Positions 19,289 through 28,468 of a stretch of DNA of 57,401 nucleotides are shown here, piece after piece; the stretch's first letter is position 1, and every line of letters starts with the position of its first letter. The DNA is from a virus. Taxonomy: Duplodnaviria; Caudoviricetes. The stretch spans positions 1 to 57,401 of the IMG/VR virus record IMGVR_UViG_3300035704_000010, one strand, 5' to 3'. Below the pieces are notes generated by a model. The model was not told the origin of the DNA. It saw nothing but the letters and a program-made list of their open reading frames with translations, and ran no database searches. The position numbers and the translations under genes were made by a program.

Positions 19289-20260
19289 TTACAGGCTGCG
19301 AATGAGCGGCTCGAGGGACCAGCGGAAGCGTTTTGAAACGGCGGCCGCGTCTTCGGCCGCTTTGATTGCCAGCGCCTCTGGCTCGGTGTCCGCAAACTGC
19401 AGGAGTTCGGCGATCTCGCCGGAGTGGATCTCGTGCCACGTGCCGCCGGTCGCGCCGCGAACCTCGCGGCTCATGGCAATAAGTCCGAGGTTGGCGAAGT
19501 CTGCCATCCCGGTCTTGCCGGAATGAATCGCCGGCGTGCCGCACGCCATCGCCTCGAGCGCTTCGAAGCCGAACGCTTCGGACTGCGAGGAGTAGATCAG
19601 GACGTCGGCCGACCGGTACAGTTTTGCGAGCTCCGCTGGCGTCATATTGCCGAAGGCGAAGCGAAGCCGGACGTCGTCCTTCTCGAGATTGCCGCGCACG
19701 AGCGAGCGGATGACCAGCTCGACGTCGTCGCGGTTCCCGAATGCGGTCTTGAACCCGTCGACGGCTTGGCCCAGCCCCTTGCGCGAATCGCTTGCGTCTT
19801 CGGCGACGAACAGCACGCGGAACTTCGGACGCTCGGGCTTCGGCTCGTAACGGAAGGCTGAGTCGATTCCGAACGGCAGCAGCTGAGCCTTGGATCCGAT
19901 CACGTTCGCCGCCCACTTGCTCGGGGCGAAGATACGATCGGCGAAACGCAGCGGGTCGTGCCACGACGCCGGCGCGGTGTCGACTGGTTCGTTGACGATG
20001 CCCAGCAATCGCTTTGCCGGGTCGTAGCGCCACGTCCACGGCGCCGCCAGCGAGACGACGGCGTCGAAGTTTTCGGGAGCTGCCGGCGGGATTGAATATC
20101 CGGTCGGTTCGGGAACGCCGATGACGCCCGCCGGCACTTTCGCACGGGCGAGCGCATCGATGATTCCGAGGGCGATCTTCCCGGTCTCGGAGTTGCATCC
20201 GAAGACTGGGGTTGCGAGGCCCACCGAAGCGGGCCTCACCTTGATTGCCGTTTTGCTCAC
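19289..20260 (-). CDS. GT4-family (GT-B) glycosyltransferase
   Basis: RKGL...LYRSADVLIYSSQSEAFGFEALEAMACGTPAI (E-x7-E); GTG start at 20260 just after the MCP stop. Confidence 0.85.
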   Translation of the reverse strand: MSKTAIKVRPASVGLATPVFGCNSETGKIALGIIDALARAKVPAGVIGVPEPTGYSIPPAAPENFDAVVSLAAPWTWRYDPAKRLLGIVNEPVDTAPASWHDPLRFADRIFAPSKWAANVIGSKAQLLPFGIDSAFRYEPKPERPKFRVLFVAEDASDSRKGLGQAVDGFKTAFGNRDDVELVIRSLVRGNLEKDDVRLRFAFGNMTPAELAKLYRSADVLIYSSQSEAFGFEALEAMACGTPAIHSGKTGMADFANLGLIAMSREVRGATGGTWHEIHSGEIAELLQFADTEPEALAIKAAEDAAAVSKRFRWSLEPLIRSL

Positions 20261-20265
20261 GCCGG

Positions 20266-21300
20266 TTAGGTGATCGCCGATTTGACGTTCGAGCCGATGT
20301 AGACGTGCTTCGCGACGCTGTGCTCCTGCGCCATCACGCAGTTGACCAGCTTCGAAATGCCCGTGGTCGTGACGGCGAGCGGCTTGGTGCCGAGCGCGAT
20401 CAGGTCGGCCTGGCGGATCTGCGACTTGCGGTACGCAACGAACGCCGCTTGCGCGAACGCCGAATTGTACGCCGGCGAGAGGTAGGGTTGAACCTCGACG
20501 TTTAACGCGGCGAAACCGTCGTTGTAGATCCCGACTTGGTGGCCGCCGACCAGGCCGGCGTTGGCACCCGAGGCGTTGATCACGATCGGGCGGCCGGCGC
20601 CGTTGGCCACGTACGAGTTGATGTCCGGAACGATTTCCGGAGCGATCGCCAGCGTATCGGGGTGCAGCGTCGGGAACGTCAGCGCCTGGCCGCGCGCGCC
20701 GTCCTTGATGAACGCCTCGGCCATATTGACCGGCGTGGTGGTCGTTCCGCCGGTGACGACTTGGAAGCCGCCCGCCGAGAACTTGATCAGCCCGTCGGTT
20801 TCGCCGCCTTCCATCGTGGCGACGGTGTGGTCGCCGGTGACGTGCATCCACTCGATCTGATTCAGGACCTCGACCGTCACCAGGGCGACGGCGAAGTCGA
20901 GAGCGTCTTGGATGCCGCGCTCCATTTCGCCCTCGGCGAGCTTGAGCTGCGTGTGACCGTTGCCGCCGTTGAAGGCGGCCATTTCGTTGTCCGACACGGA
21001 CGCGAGTCGACCGATGTTGCACGTCGGATTAGTCTTGCGACCTGGCGTCTTCTGCGTCGCGTTCGGCAAGCCGTTCTCGGGGTAGGTTGCGCCGCCGCCG
21101 GCAACGTTGACGCGACCGGCCGCGTTAAGGCCGATTTCGTTCCATTGGTGGGCAGCGGGGTTGGTTGCGAGGACGTGCTTCATCGATTGCGACATCGGAC
21201 GGCTCGGGCCGTCGGTGATGTACATCGTGTCGGAGAGGTCTTCGCGGTTAGCGTTGGCCAGCACAACCGAATCGGCGATGGCCTTATCTACGAACTCCAT
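20266..21300 (-). CDS. Major capsid protein (SU10/DUF5309-like)
   Basis: NREDLSD...HQWNE...N.CNI...SVS motifs; follows the scaffold gene. Confidence 0.8.
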   Translation of the reverse strand: MEFVDKAIADSVVLANANREDLSDTMYITDGPSRPMSQSMKHVLATNPAAHQWNEIGLNAAGRVNVAGGGATYPENGLPNATQKTPGRKTNPTCNIGRLASVSDNEMAAFNGGNGHTQLKLAEGEMERGIQDALDFAVALVTVEVLNQIEWMHVTGDHTVATMEGGETDGLIKFSAGGFQVVTGGTTTTPVNMAEAFIKDGARGQALTFPTLHPDTLAIAPEIVPDINSYVANGAGRPIVINASGANAGLVGGHQVGIYNDGFAALNVEVQPYLSPAYNSAFAQAAFVAYRKSQIRQADLIALGTKPLAVTTTGISKLVNCVMAQEHSVAKHVYIGSNVKSAIT

Positions 21301-21429
21301 TGTTCAATCCCCATAGGGAAAAGAGAACCGCCCGGGAGGCGTCCTCAAAGAGAAAACCATCCCGGCCGGATGGTGCTAGGGTGTGGTCATCGGAGGATCG
21401 ACGCGCGAACGCGATCGATCAGGGGTGTG

Positions 21430-22698
21430 CTAGAACTTGGTCGGTTCCGGATTGGCGCCCAGCGCGGCCTTGACCGCGTTGAAAAGCGAATCTTTGCGCG
21501 CCTTGCGCGCATCTTCGGAAACCGTTTCGCCAGACGATCCGAGCGTGGCGCGCGCGGTGGCGACGCCGGCCTTCTCGGCGGCTGCCTGCGCTGCTTTCGC
21601 GACATCGGCGTCGTTCTTGGCCGTCTCGGCATCGGCTTTCGCTTTTTCGGCGTCGGCCTTTGCGGTGTCGGCTTCGGCCTTCGCGGCATCGATCTGCGGT
21701 TGCAACTCGGCCTTCACGGCTTCGGCGGTCGCCTTGGCGGTGTCGGCGACGAGGGCCGCGATTTCTTCCTTGGTCATGTCGAACTCCTCGGCCGGTGCGG
21801 CCTTCGAATCGCTGATATCGATGCCGAACTTCTCACACGCGGCCTTGATCTTGCCTTTTACTTTGGCGAGATCATCGGCTGAGTATTCGTTGGCATTCTT
21901 TTCCTGGTTGATGTAGCTCCACGCCGCCTTGGCGTGCTCTTCCGTGTCGATCGGATACTTGCCGTTCTCGGGATCGGCGTACTCGACGTCGCCGTACGGC
22001 TTCTTGTCGTCGGCTTTTGCTTTGCCGGTTCCGCCGGCGTCGCCGTCATTCGTTTTCGGGTCGTCGGTCGGCATGAGCTGGTCGAGGTGATCCCCGATCG
22101 CATCGTGCGCCTTCGTCGCTGCGACGACGGCTTTGCCGAGCTTGCCGTGAGCCTCGGAGATCGCGTCGAGGTGCGCTTTGTCGGCCGCGCTCGTGCGCGC
22201 TCCCGCTTTTTCGGCGCACTTACCCGCCAGCGTCGCGAGGTCGTATTCCCCCAGGAACAGCGGCAGCACTTTGGCCATTTCGGCGGTGAAGCCGTCGAAG
22301 ACCGTCGTTGCCGCTGCTTTCTTCTGTTCGGGCGTGAACGCGTCTCCGGTTGCGAAGATCGCGTATAGGTCCCACTGCAGCTGATTGGTCATCGACCACA
22401 GCACGTCGTACGAGGCACACGCGAGCGCGCCCTGAATCGCGTCTTCTGCTGCGCCCTTCCCGGCGGGCGTCACGACGGCACCCTTGATCGCTCCGGTCAC
22501 GCTGTCCCACAGCTTGCCGAGGAACGATTTGGACTTGCGCGATTCGTCGATCTGCGGAGCCGTAATCTCGCCGGCTTTCGTCCCGAGCACGATCGACTCT
22601 GGATTGCGCGGTCCCCACGCTTTGCCGTCGTACTCCCGGAAGACGAGGGTCATTTCGCTAACCGCCGGATCGCTGAGCTGCGTCGCTTTATTCGCCAC
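21430..22698 (-). CDS. Scaffold-like head protein with DUF6582-like domain
   Basis: KKPYGDVEYADP..GKYPIDTEEHAKAAWSYIN; Ala/Lys/Glu coiled-coil C-terminus. Confidence 0.65.
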   Translation of the reverse strand: MANKATQLSDPAVSEMTLVFREYDGKAWGPRNPESIVLGTKAGEITAPQIDESRKSKSFLGKLWDSVTGAIKGAVVTPAGKGAAEDAIQGALACASYDVLWSMTNQLQWDLYAIFATGDAFTPEQKKAAATTVFDGFTAEMAKVLPLFLGEYDLATLAGKCAEKAGARTSAADKAHLDAISEAHGKLGKAVVAATKAHDAIGDHLDQLMPTDDPKTNDGDAGGTGKAKADDKKPYGDVEYADPENGKYPIDTEEHAKAAWSYINQEKNANEYSADDLAKVKGKIKAACEKFGIDISDSKAAPAEEFDMTKEEIAALVADTAKATAEAVKAELQPQIDAAKAEADTAKADAEKAKADAETAKNDADVAKAAQAAAEKAGVATARATLGSSGETVSEDARKARKDSLFNAVKAALGANPEPTKF

Positions 22699-22700
22699 GA

Positions 22701-23246
22701 TTAGACCTCCGTCTTAGAAACGAGCGCGCCCCACGATCCGCCGGCGATGCCGCCGGCCTTCGCGATCTCGACGACTTCGGGATCCTCCGGCCGCACCGAC
22801 ATGAACCAGTGGCTGCCGTTGCCCTTCTCGATGTTGATGCCGACGACGTCCATGTCTTTAGTGAGCGTCTCGTCGGCTTTGAGGGTCCGCATGCCGTCGC
22901 CAGCCTTGATGATCGGCGCGCCTACCCACGTCTCGACCAGCGCGCAGCCGATCGGCTCGGAATGGTTTGCCTTGAACGTTCGACCGGTATCCGAGCAGAA
23001 GTCGAACGCCATCTTCGTCAGGTCGGCCTTCGAGAGAAACTCGCCGTCGAGATCGAGCTTGACGGGGCTGCCCGCGGCGCCACCGATGAACGTCACGACG
23101 CCCAACTCATCGTAGCCGACGGCTTTGAGCGCGATCTGCGGTCCGGCCGACTGAGCGGCTAACTCCGCAGCTTTGGCGCGCGCTTCGCGGCCAGCTTTGA
23201 GGGACTGCTGTACGGATTCGACGATGGAAGGCTTTTGCTCGAGCAT
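22701..23246 (-). CDS. Prohead maturation protease, XkdF-like
   Basis: DLDGE...MAFDF...NH...VETW...G.HW...GGIAGGSWG matches the XkdF-type pattern. Confidence 0.7.
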   Translation of the reverse strand: MLEQKPSIVESVQQSLKAGREARAKAAELAAQSAGPQIALKAVGYDELGVVTFIGGAAGSPVKLDLDGEFLSKADLTKMAFDFCSDTGRTFKANHSEPIGCALVETWVGAPIIKAGDGMRTLKADETLTKDMDVVGINIEKGNGSHWFMSVRPEDPEVVEIAKAGGIAGGSWGALVSKTEV

Positions 23247-23252
23247 CGAGAT

Positions 23253-23615
23253 TCAGCTCCGCGGAGAAGCGGCCGCGCCGCCTGGTGAAATCAGATCGGT
23301 GATCGGCGACGTCCCGATCGGCAGGTCGATCTGCATGGACTTAACCGTGTAGCGCTCGACGTTGGGCGAGCAGTTGCAGTTGTAGCGCTGTACGTCGGAT
23401 GCGACGACGACGATCTTGCCGCAACCGTTGCAGCAGATCGGGATGCAGGTACGCCCGTCGTCGGTGAGTGCGGTGGCATAGAGGCGGCGAACCGCTTCCC
23501 AATGCTCTTTTTGCGCCTGCTCGGCGGTCAGGACGCGATGCCCGACGAGATTGAGCAGCCGCACGCGCAGCTCTTTTAACTCTTTGACGGCCGTCTCGTG
23601 AAGTCGATACCCCAC
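23253..23615 (-). CDS. Small zinc-ribbon protein
   Basis: GTG start overlapping the MuF stop; CNGCG...YNCNCSP. Confidence 0.6.
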   Translation of the reverse strand: MGYRLHETAVKELKELRVRLLNLVGHRVLTAEQAQKEHWEAVRRLYATALTDDGRTCIPICCNGCGKIVVVASDVQRYNCNCSPNVERYTVKSMQIDLPIGTSPITDLISPGGAAASPRS

Positions 23616-24565
23616 TAAGCGGCTTCCTTGTCGTCGATCATTTCCTGCACTCCTGGATACATGACGTCCTCGTCGGCGGGTAGCAGATTGCAACAGCAAT
23701 TCGGATGAAGCGGCGGCCCGTCGGTGCCGGCGCCGGGGAAGTCGTCGCCGAGTTCCACGACCGTACCGTCGAGTTCGTCGCAGTCGTCGCACACGGTCGC
23801 CCCGTGATTGCTCATCCAGACGACCTTTTGGATGCCGGCATCGGTGTAGACGGCCATCTGCCCGAAGGTCTGCGCGCGATTGAGCTCGGTGCGCGCGACC
23901 ATTTCGGACCACGAGTCCGTCGGGATGCGCTGCACGACGTCGCCGTCGCTGTTCGTGACGTGGTAACCCTCGGCGAACGAATCTTTGACTGCGCCGGCGA
24001 GATCCCCGATGGTCTGCCCGTCGGCGATCGCGCCATCGATCAGCGAATACAGCTGCTGCTGCTCGCGCTCGTTGACCAGGAAGGCGAACTTGTCGGCCTG
24101 ATCCTTGATCGCTGCCAGCGTCTCGGCCGGCACGACATCGAAGCTCGCCTCGATCGTCGACGCCTCTTTGATGATCTCGCCGCCGCTGATATAGCCGGCT
24201 TCGAGCGCGAGGCTCATTTCGTCGTACAGCGCCTGGGCGTATCCGTTGCCCGTGAGCGCGGCGACGATCTTCTTCAGCGCCGCGGCTTCTTCGACGGTGA
24301 TCGCGACGCCGGCATCGTCTTCGTAAACCGGCTGGTCGCCATCATCGCCACCGTCGCCCGTATCGTCGGTGCTCGACTTCTTGGTGTCGGCGATCCCCGA
24401 ATCGCTCCAGAATTGCTTAAGCCACGCTTTGCGGGCGGCGTTTAGCTTTTTCTCGAGGTCTGGGGCCTGTTCGTCGATGCGGGCGACGTGTGCATCGCCC
24501 AGCGCGCGGGCTTTATTGGGCTTCGGTTTGGCCTTGGCGGTTTTTGCGATGCCACGCGCGGGCAC
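23615..24565 (-). CDS. MuF / SPP1 gp7-like minor head protein
   Basis: MVARTELNRA...W...CDDCDELDG...PPLHPNCCC; start uncertain because it overlaps the HNH 3' end. Confidence 0.85.
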   Translation of the reverse strand: MPARGIAKTAKAKPKPNKARALGDAHVARIDEQAPDLEKKLNAARKAWLKQFWSDSGIADTKKSSTDDTGDGGDDGDQPVYEDDAGVAITVEEAAALKKIVAALTGNGYAQALYDEMSLALEAGYISGGEIIKEASTIEASFDVVPAETLAAIKDQADKFAFLVNEREQQQLYSLIDGAIADGQTIGDLAGAVKDSFAEGYHVTNSDGDVVQRIPTDSWSEMVARTELNRAQTFGQMAVYTDAGIQKVVWMSNHGATVCDDCDELDGTVVELGDDFPGAGTDGPPLHPNCCCNLLPADEDVMYPGVQEMIDDKEAA

Positions 24566-24959
24566 GTATCCGCTTGCATGTCGTGCAGTATCGATGCTTG
24601 CTTTGGCTACGGCTTTGATTCCGTAGCGGCTCACCGTCGAGCGGATGCCCCCACTTACAACGCGTCTGGGCATAAGTTTGATGGCGCCCCTTATTGAGCT
24701 TGTCGACGACATTGTCGTAGTTCGTTCCGAGGAACAGGTGCGAGGGATTGATGCATGGTGGATTGTCGCAGTGATGGAGGACGTGTGCGCCTTCGGGAAT
24801 ATCGCCGAAGGTAAGCTCCCACGCTAGGCGGTGGCCCTTGACGCTGCGGCCATCGATCGTGACCGTACAATAGTCGCCCGACGTTCGGCTCAATCGAGTC
24901 CAGCACGCATCCTCGTCGGTGCGATCAACTCCGCTCCAAAATCTTTCGGCCACAGTCAT
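24513..24959 (-). CDS. HNH endonuclease
   Basis: ERFW..VD...CW...HRLAWEL..G.IP...VLHHCDNPPCINPSHLFLGT..DN. Confidence 0.9.
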   Translation of the reverse strand: MTVAERFWSGVDRTDEDACWTRLSRTSGDYCTVTIDGRSVKGHRLAWELTFGDIPEGAHVLHHCDNPPCINPSHLFLGTNYDNVVDKLNKGRHQTYAQTRCKWGHPLDGEPLRNQSRSQSKHRYCTTCKRIRARAWHRKNRQGQTEAQ

Positions 24960-24979
24960 GACCGTTTTATTTTATCAGG

Positions 24980-26440
24980 TCAATACCACTGGCGACCGAA
25001 CCTCCCGGCCTTTTTCGCACCCGTTTTATTGCCCGGCTGGTTCTCGTCGTTCATGTCAGCCGGATCGGTGACGTCGGCGTTGCCGGGCGCCGGCTGCTGC
25101 GGATCTGTCGGCGGGTCGATCTCGTCGCTGGAAACGCCGGCCTGACCGGTCGCTCCGAGGAACAGCGGGATATCCATGTTCGGGTCGTCGATCTTCGGCA
25201 GGCCGACCAGGTCGCGCGCGTCGTTGCCGGTGCCGCCGAACTTCACGAGCTGCACCGCGGCCGCGAACCGATCGAGCCGGACTTTGCTGCGGCGCTTTGG
25301 CGCGAACGAGAAGTATTCGATGCCGAACTCTTTTTGCAGCAGTTCGATCGTGAGCGTCTCGTAAAAGTTTTCCTCGATCGGCAAGATGCACTCTTGCTCG
25401 AAGGTGTCGTCGTCCTCGCCCTTGCCGGCTTGGCCCATGGATCCCGACACGTCGCGCAGCTTGCTCGGCGGAACGCCGTAGACGGCGCAGACCTCTTCGA
25501 TCGTGAGTTCGGAGCCCTTGATGAAGTCGAAGTCGCGGCCGCCGGACTGCAGCAGGCTGAGCAGCTTCCACTTGCCCGAGATCGCGATGTTTCGGAAGGC
25601 GTTGTTCGAACCGGCTTGCAGCTTGAGCTTTTTCTGAGCGTCGCGGACGTCTTCGTCCTTGCCCTCCTCGAGGGTGAGCACGTTGCCGGTCGTCGTTCCG
25701 CTGGAGAAGAACTTGCGCCGATGCTCGCGTACGCCAAAGTCGGTCGCCGCGGTCTGGTCGAGCGCCTCGAGCGGCGAGGGCGACGGCAGAATGTCGTCGC
25801 CGCCCTCGTCGGCGGTGAAGACGACCATTTCCTCGGCTGGGATTCGGATGGCGTCGCGGCTGTCGACCGGCGTCGCCTGCTGGGCCGCCTGAGCCACAAT
25901 GCTGTCGATGGCACTCGTCGACTTCTTGATCGCGTAATAGTCGATTGCCGTCTTGTCGGCATTTAGGTGCGGCGTGATTCGCAGCGGGTTCATCCGCTCG
26001 AGCCCGACCAGCGTCTTGACGCCCTTTACCTGGGCGAACTTCTTGTGCGCGTAGGCGACGGAATATATCTCGCCGTCCATCACGATCGACTTGCGGAACT
26101 TCCGAAACGTATTGCATTTGCCGATGAACGCCACACGCAGGAAGGTCTGCATGAGCTGCACGTTCTCGTCGTTCTTGTCGAGCGGATCGTCGTCGTCGTT
26201 CGGAACGAAGTCGTGGCCCTCTTGGGCGACGGCGTTGCCCTTGATGCGAACACAGGCGCGAACCCAGGGGTGCTTCTTGAACAGCCACCAGTACGCTTCG
26301 TTGTTCGTCATCTTCCTCGCCGAAGCGTCGGCGAGATTGCCGCCGATGACGTCGGCGTCGGTCAGGCCACCGCCGCCGGCGCCTGCCTTCGCGGAATCGT
26401 AGCGGTCGCCGCCGCCTCTACCCCTACGACCACGTGACAT
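24980..26440 (-). CDS. Portal protein (HK97-like)
   Basis: PWVRACV, SPLEA, FFSSG, EEVCAVYGVPP..L, TGNDARDLVGLPKI. Confidence 0.9.
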   Translation of the reverse strand: MSRGRRGRGGGDRYDSAKAGAGGGGLTDADVIGGNLADASARKMTNNEAYWWLFKKHPWVRACVRIKGNAVAQEGHDFVPNDDDDPLDKNDENVQLMQTFLRVAFIGKCNTFRKFRKSIVMDGEIYSVAYAHKKFAQVKGVKTLVGLERMNPLRITPHLNADKTAIDYYAIKKSTSAIDSIVAQAAQQATPVDSRDAIRIPAEEMVVFTADEGGDDILPSPSPLEALDQTAATDFGVREHRRKFFSSGTTTGNVLTLEEGKDEDVRDAQKKLKLQAGSNNAFRNIAISGKWKLLSLLQSGGRDFDFIKGSELTIEEVCAVYGVPPSKLRDVSGSMGQAGKGEDDDTFEQECILPIEENFYETLTIELLQKEFGIEYFSFAPKRRSKVRLDRFAAAVQLVKFGGTGNDARDLVGLPKIDDPNMDIPLFLGATGQAGVSSDEIDPPTDPQQPAPGNADVTDPADMNDENQPGNKTGAKKAGRFGRQWY

Positions 26441-26450
26441 TCAGCGCTCC

Positions 26451-27923
26451 TCAAAACTCGAAAGCGAAAGATGCCGTCTTGCGTCGGCCGAAGTGGACGG
26501 CGCCGGCGAGCGCCATGACCGTGTCTTGGACGAGATCCTTGTCGTCGCGCTCGTAGAATTTGCACTCGTCGTATTGGACGGGAAGCATCGGGTACTCGAG
26601 CTCGCGCATCGATAGCGCCGACTGCAGCCCGCTGAGGATCTCGTCCTTGCTGCTTTTCGTGAACATCAAGCCCTCTGGCTCGATGTCTTTGATCGCATCT
26701 GCGACCACGTCGCCCACCCCGGTAAGGTCGAGATACGTCTTGCTCGAGCCGACGATGCCGTCGACGTCGGTTGCTCCCATTCCGTACCGGTTGTGCCGAT
26801 CTCGGATGCGGGCGTATACGTGCGACCAGTCGGCCTTATTGAATCGCTCGAACTCGACTTCTTTGAGCTTGTCGCCGGACGTGTCGAGCGTGATCCCGAC
26901 GACGAAGTCTTTCTTGCGCGCAAGGTCCCAGAAGTGAACGTACCGGTGCGTCGGGTAGCGCGCATGCCATGGAACGCCGTTCGATAGCTCGATCCCGCTC
27001 TCGGTCCGGTCGCAGTAGACCTCGGCGTGAGCGATCGCGTCCTGATCGTCGACGAGGTGGATCCGCAGGTTCCGAGTGAGGTCTGGGTTTTCACACGCCT
27101 CGAGGTCTTCGATCGAAAAGAAGCCGCCTCCAGCGTCGACGATCTCTCCGCCGATATTCTGCCGTCGCATCCGGTCGGGCATCCGACGCGCGTTCTTTTC
27201 GAGCCAATCGCGCGGAAGGTACGGATTGTCGAACGACGTTCCGGCCTGACTGTAAAGATCGGGGTCTTTGTCTTTGCCGGGGAGCCCGGTGAGGAAATAT
27301 TTGCCGTAGTCGTTGCGGCCGTTGCCTGTCGTCGTGTAGTCCAGCATCCCTCGACGAGCGACGAGACGCATCCGCAACACGTCGTCGCGGATCTTCTCGA
27401 ACTTCTTTTCGCGCGCGGCTTCGTCCCAGTTGACGAAGTCGAGCGTGTGCCCGAGCAGCCCTTCGCCGTTGTTATCGGTTGTGCGCGCCTGGATCTTCGC
27501 CCCGTTGAAGAGCGTGATCATCGGGAACGGCGTGTATTTGACGTCCTTGACCAGCCACTGCGCGCGCCGCGCTTTTAGGAAGGCTTCGCCCTTTCGCCAA
27601 ACGATCTGCGACTGGTCCGCGCTCGGACCGAGGTTCATGCCTTCCCAGTCTTGGCCGACCTTGGTCGCCATCGCGGTTATCGCGTCGGTCCATCCCTTGC
27701 GGTAGGACGCTCTCCAGATGAACTTCAGCGCCGCGATGAACGACTTGCCGAACTGGTTGCCCGTCGTGAGCGCGTTTTCGGTCGCGGTGCTGTTTAGCAG
27801 CCACTTCTGCTGGCCGTCGTGCGGGTCGATCTCGAGAATGCGGCGCGCGAACTCGACGGGCCGGTAGCGGTACGGTCGAAACTCTTTTTCGAAGAACCGC
27901 TGCAGAATCGGGTTATAGGGCAC
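26451..27923 (-). CDS. terL: Terminase large subunit
   Basis: Walker A GNQFGKS, Walker B VNWDEAA, DNPYL; nuclease acidic residues WDLARKKD, DLTGVGD, DTVMALA. Confidence 0.9.
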   Translation of the reverse strand: MPYNPILQRFFEKEFRPYRYRPVEFARRILEIDPHDGQQKWLLNSTATENALTTGNQFGKSFIAALKFIWRASYRKGWTDAITAMATKVGQDWEGMNLGPSADQSQIVWRKGEAFLKARRAQWLVKDVKYTPFPMITLFNGAKIQARTTDNNGEGLLGHTLDFVNWDEAAREKKFEKIRDDVLRMRLVARRGMLDYTTTGNGRNDYGKYFLTGLPGKDKDPDLYSQAGTSFDNPYLPRDWLEKNARRMPDRMRRQNIGGEIVDAGGGFFSIEDLEACENPDLTRNLRIHLVDDQDAIAHAEVYCDRTESGIELSNGVPWHARYPTHRYVHFWDLARKKDFVVGITLDTSGDKLKEVEFERFNKADWSHVYARIRDRHNRYGMGATDVDGIVGSSKTYLDLTGVGDVVADAIKDIEPEGLMFTKSSKDEILSGLQSALSMRELEYPMLPVQYDECKFYERDDKDLVQDTVMALAGAVHFGRRKTASFAFEF

Positions 27924-27926
27924 GGC

Positions 27927-28322
27927 CTATGGGGGCGCACTCTCGGTGATTTCACCGGCGGCGCGGGCGCCCGGTGCTTCGGTTACGGCCGGAACTTCGG
28001 CTTGGTCGGCCACCGAACGCGTGAACTCTTCAGCGCGACGCTTGGCAAAGATTTCCGCCGCGTCCTGCTCGGCCGATTTGTACTCCGACGCGTAGGCGCG
28101 GTCGACGTCTGGGTGGATCTGAATATCGAACTCGCAGCCGAGCGCATTGGCCAGGTCGGTCACCGATCGCGTCAGGTGCGATTGCGAGTTTGCCGACGGC
28201 ACGACGAAGATCAGCTTGTCGTTTGGCCCCAGCGCAACCTGAGCCGGAAACGGAATCTCGACGGTCTCGCGCGGATTCTCGGGGTTCTTGACGACGCGAA
28301 CGACGCCCATGACGACTCCCAC
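27927..28322 (-). CDS. Hypothetical protein
   Basis: GTG start with AGGAG RBS; 131 aa. Confidence 0.6.
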   Translation of the reverse strand: MGVVMGVVRVVKNPENPRETVEIPFPAQVALGPNDKLIFVVPSANSQSHLTRSVTDLANALGCEFDIQIHPDVDRAYASEYKSAEQDAAEIFAKRRAEEFTRSVADQAEVPAVTEAPGARAAGEITESAPP

Positions 28323-28324
28323 GG

Positions 28325-28468
28325 TTATCTCCTCTCGAATCGGCGCGCATTGGCCGACTGCGGCTTTTTGTTCTTTTTTTCGCGATCGTGCTCGCGCAGA
28401 ATGTCGCTGTAGATCGACTGGGCGCGCCGGCGGATCTGCTCGTCGCTCAGCCCGATGTCGAGTCTCAC
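28325..28468 (-). CDS. Small basic hypothetical protein (47 aa, absent from the ORF track)
   Basis: GTGA-coupled to the GT2-like gene; MRLDIGLSDEQIRRRAQSIYSDIL... Confidence 0.5.
   Translation of the reverse strand: MRLDIGLSDEQIRRRAQSIYSDILREHDREKKNKKPQSANARRFERR

Noticed and set aside
20261-21022. 577-aa version of the glycosyltransferase ORF
   Set aside because: The upstream part is an Arg-rich shadow frame overlapping the MCP; GTG 20260 is the plausible start.
24513-24959. HNH genes as group I intron or intein cargo
   Set aside because: The flanking genes appear intact, with their own starts and stops; no split gene or intein motifs recognised.
4944-26288. Numerous long antisense or alternate-frame ORFs (e.g. 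4944-5996, 11102-12319, 20536-21882, 25056-26288)
   Set aside because: Arg-rich shadow ORFs expected in high-GC DNA, overlapping well-supported genes.
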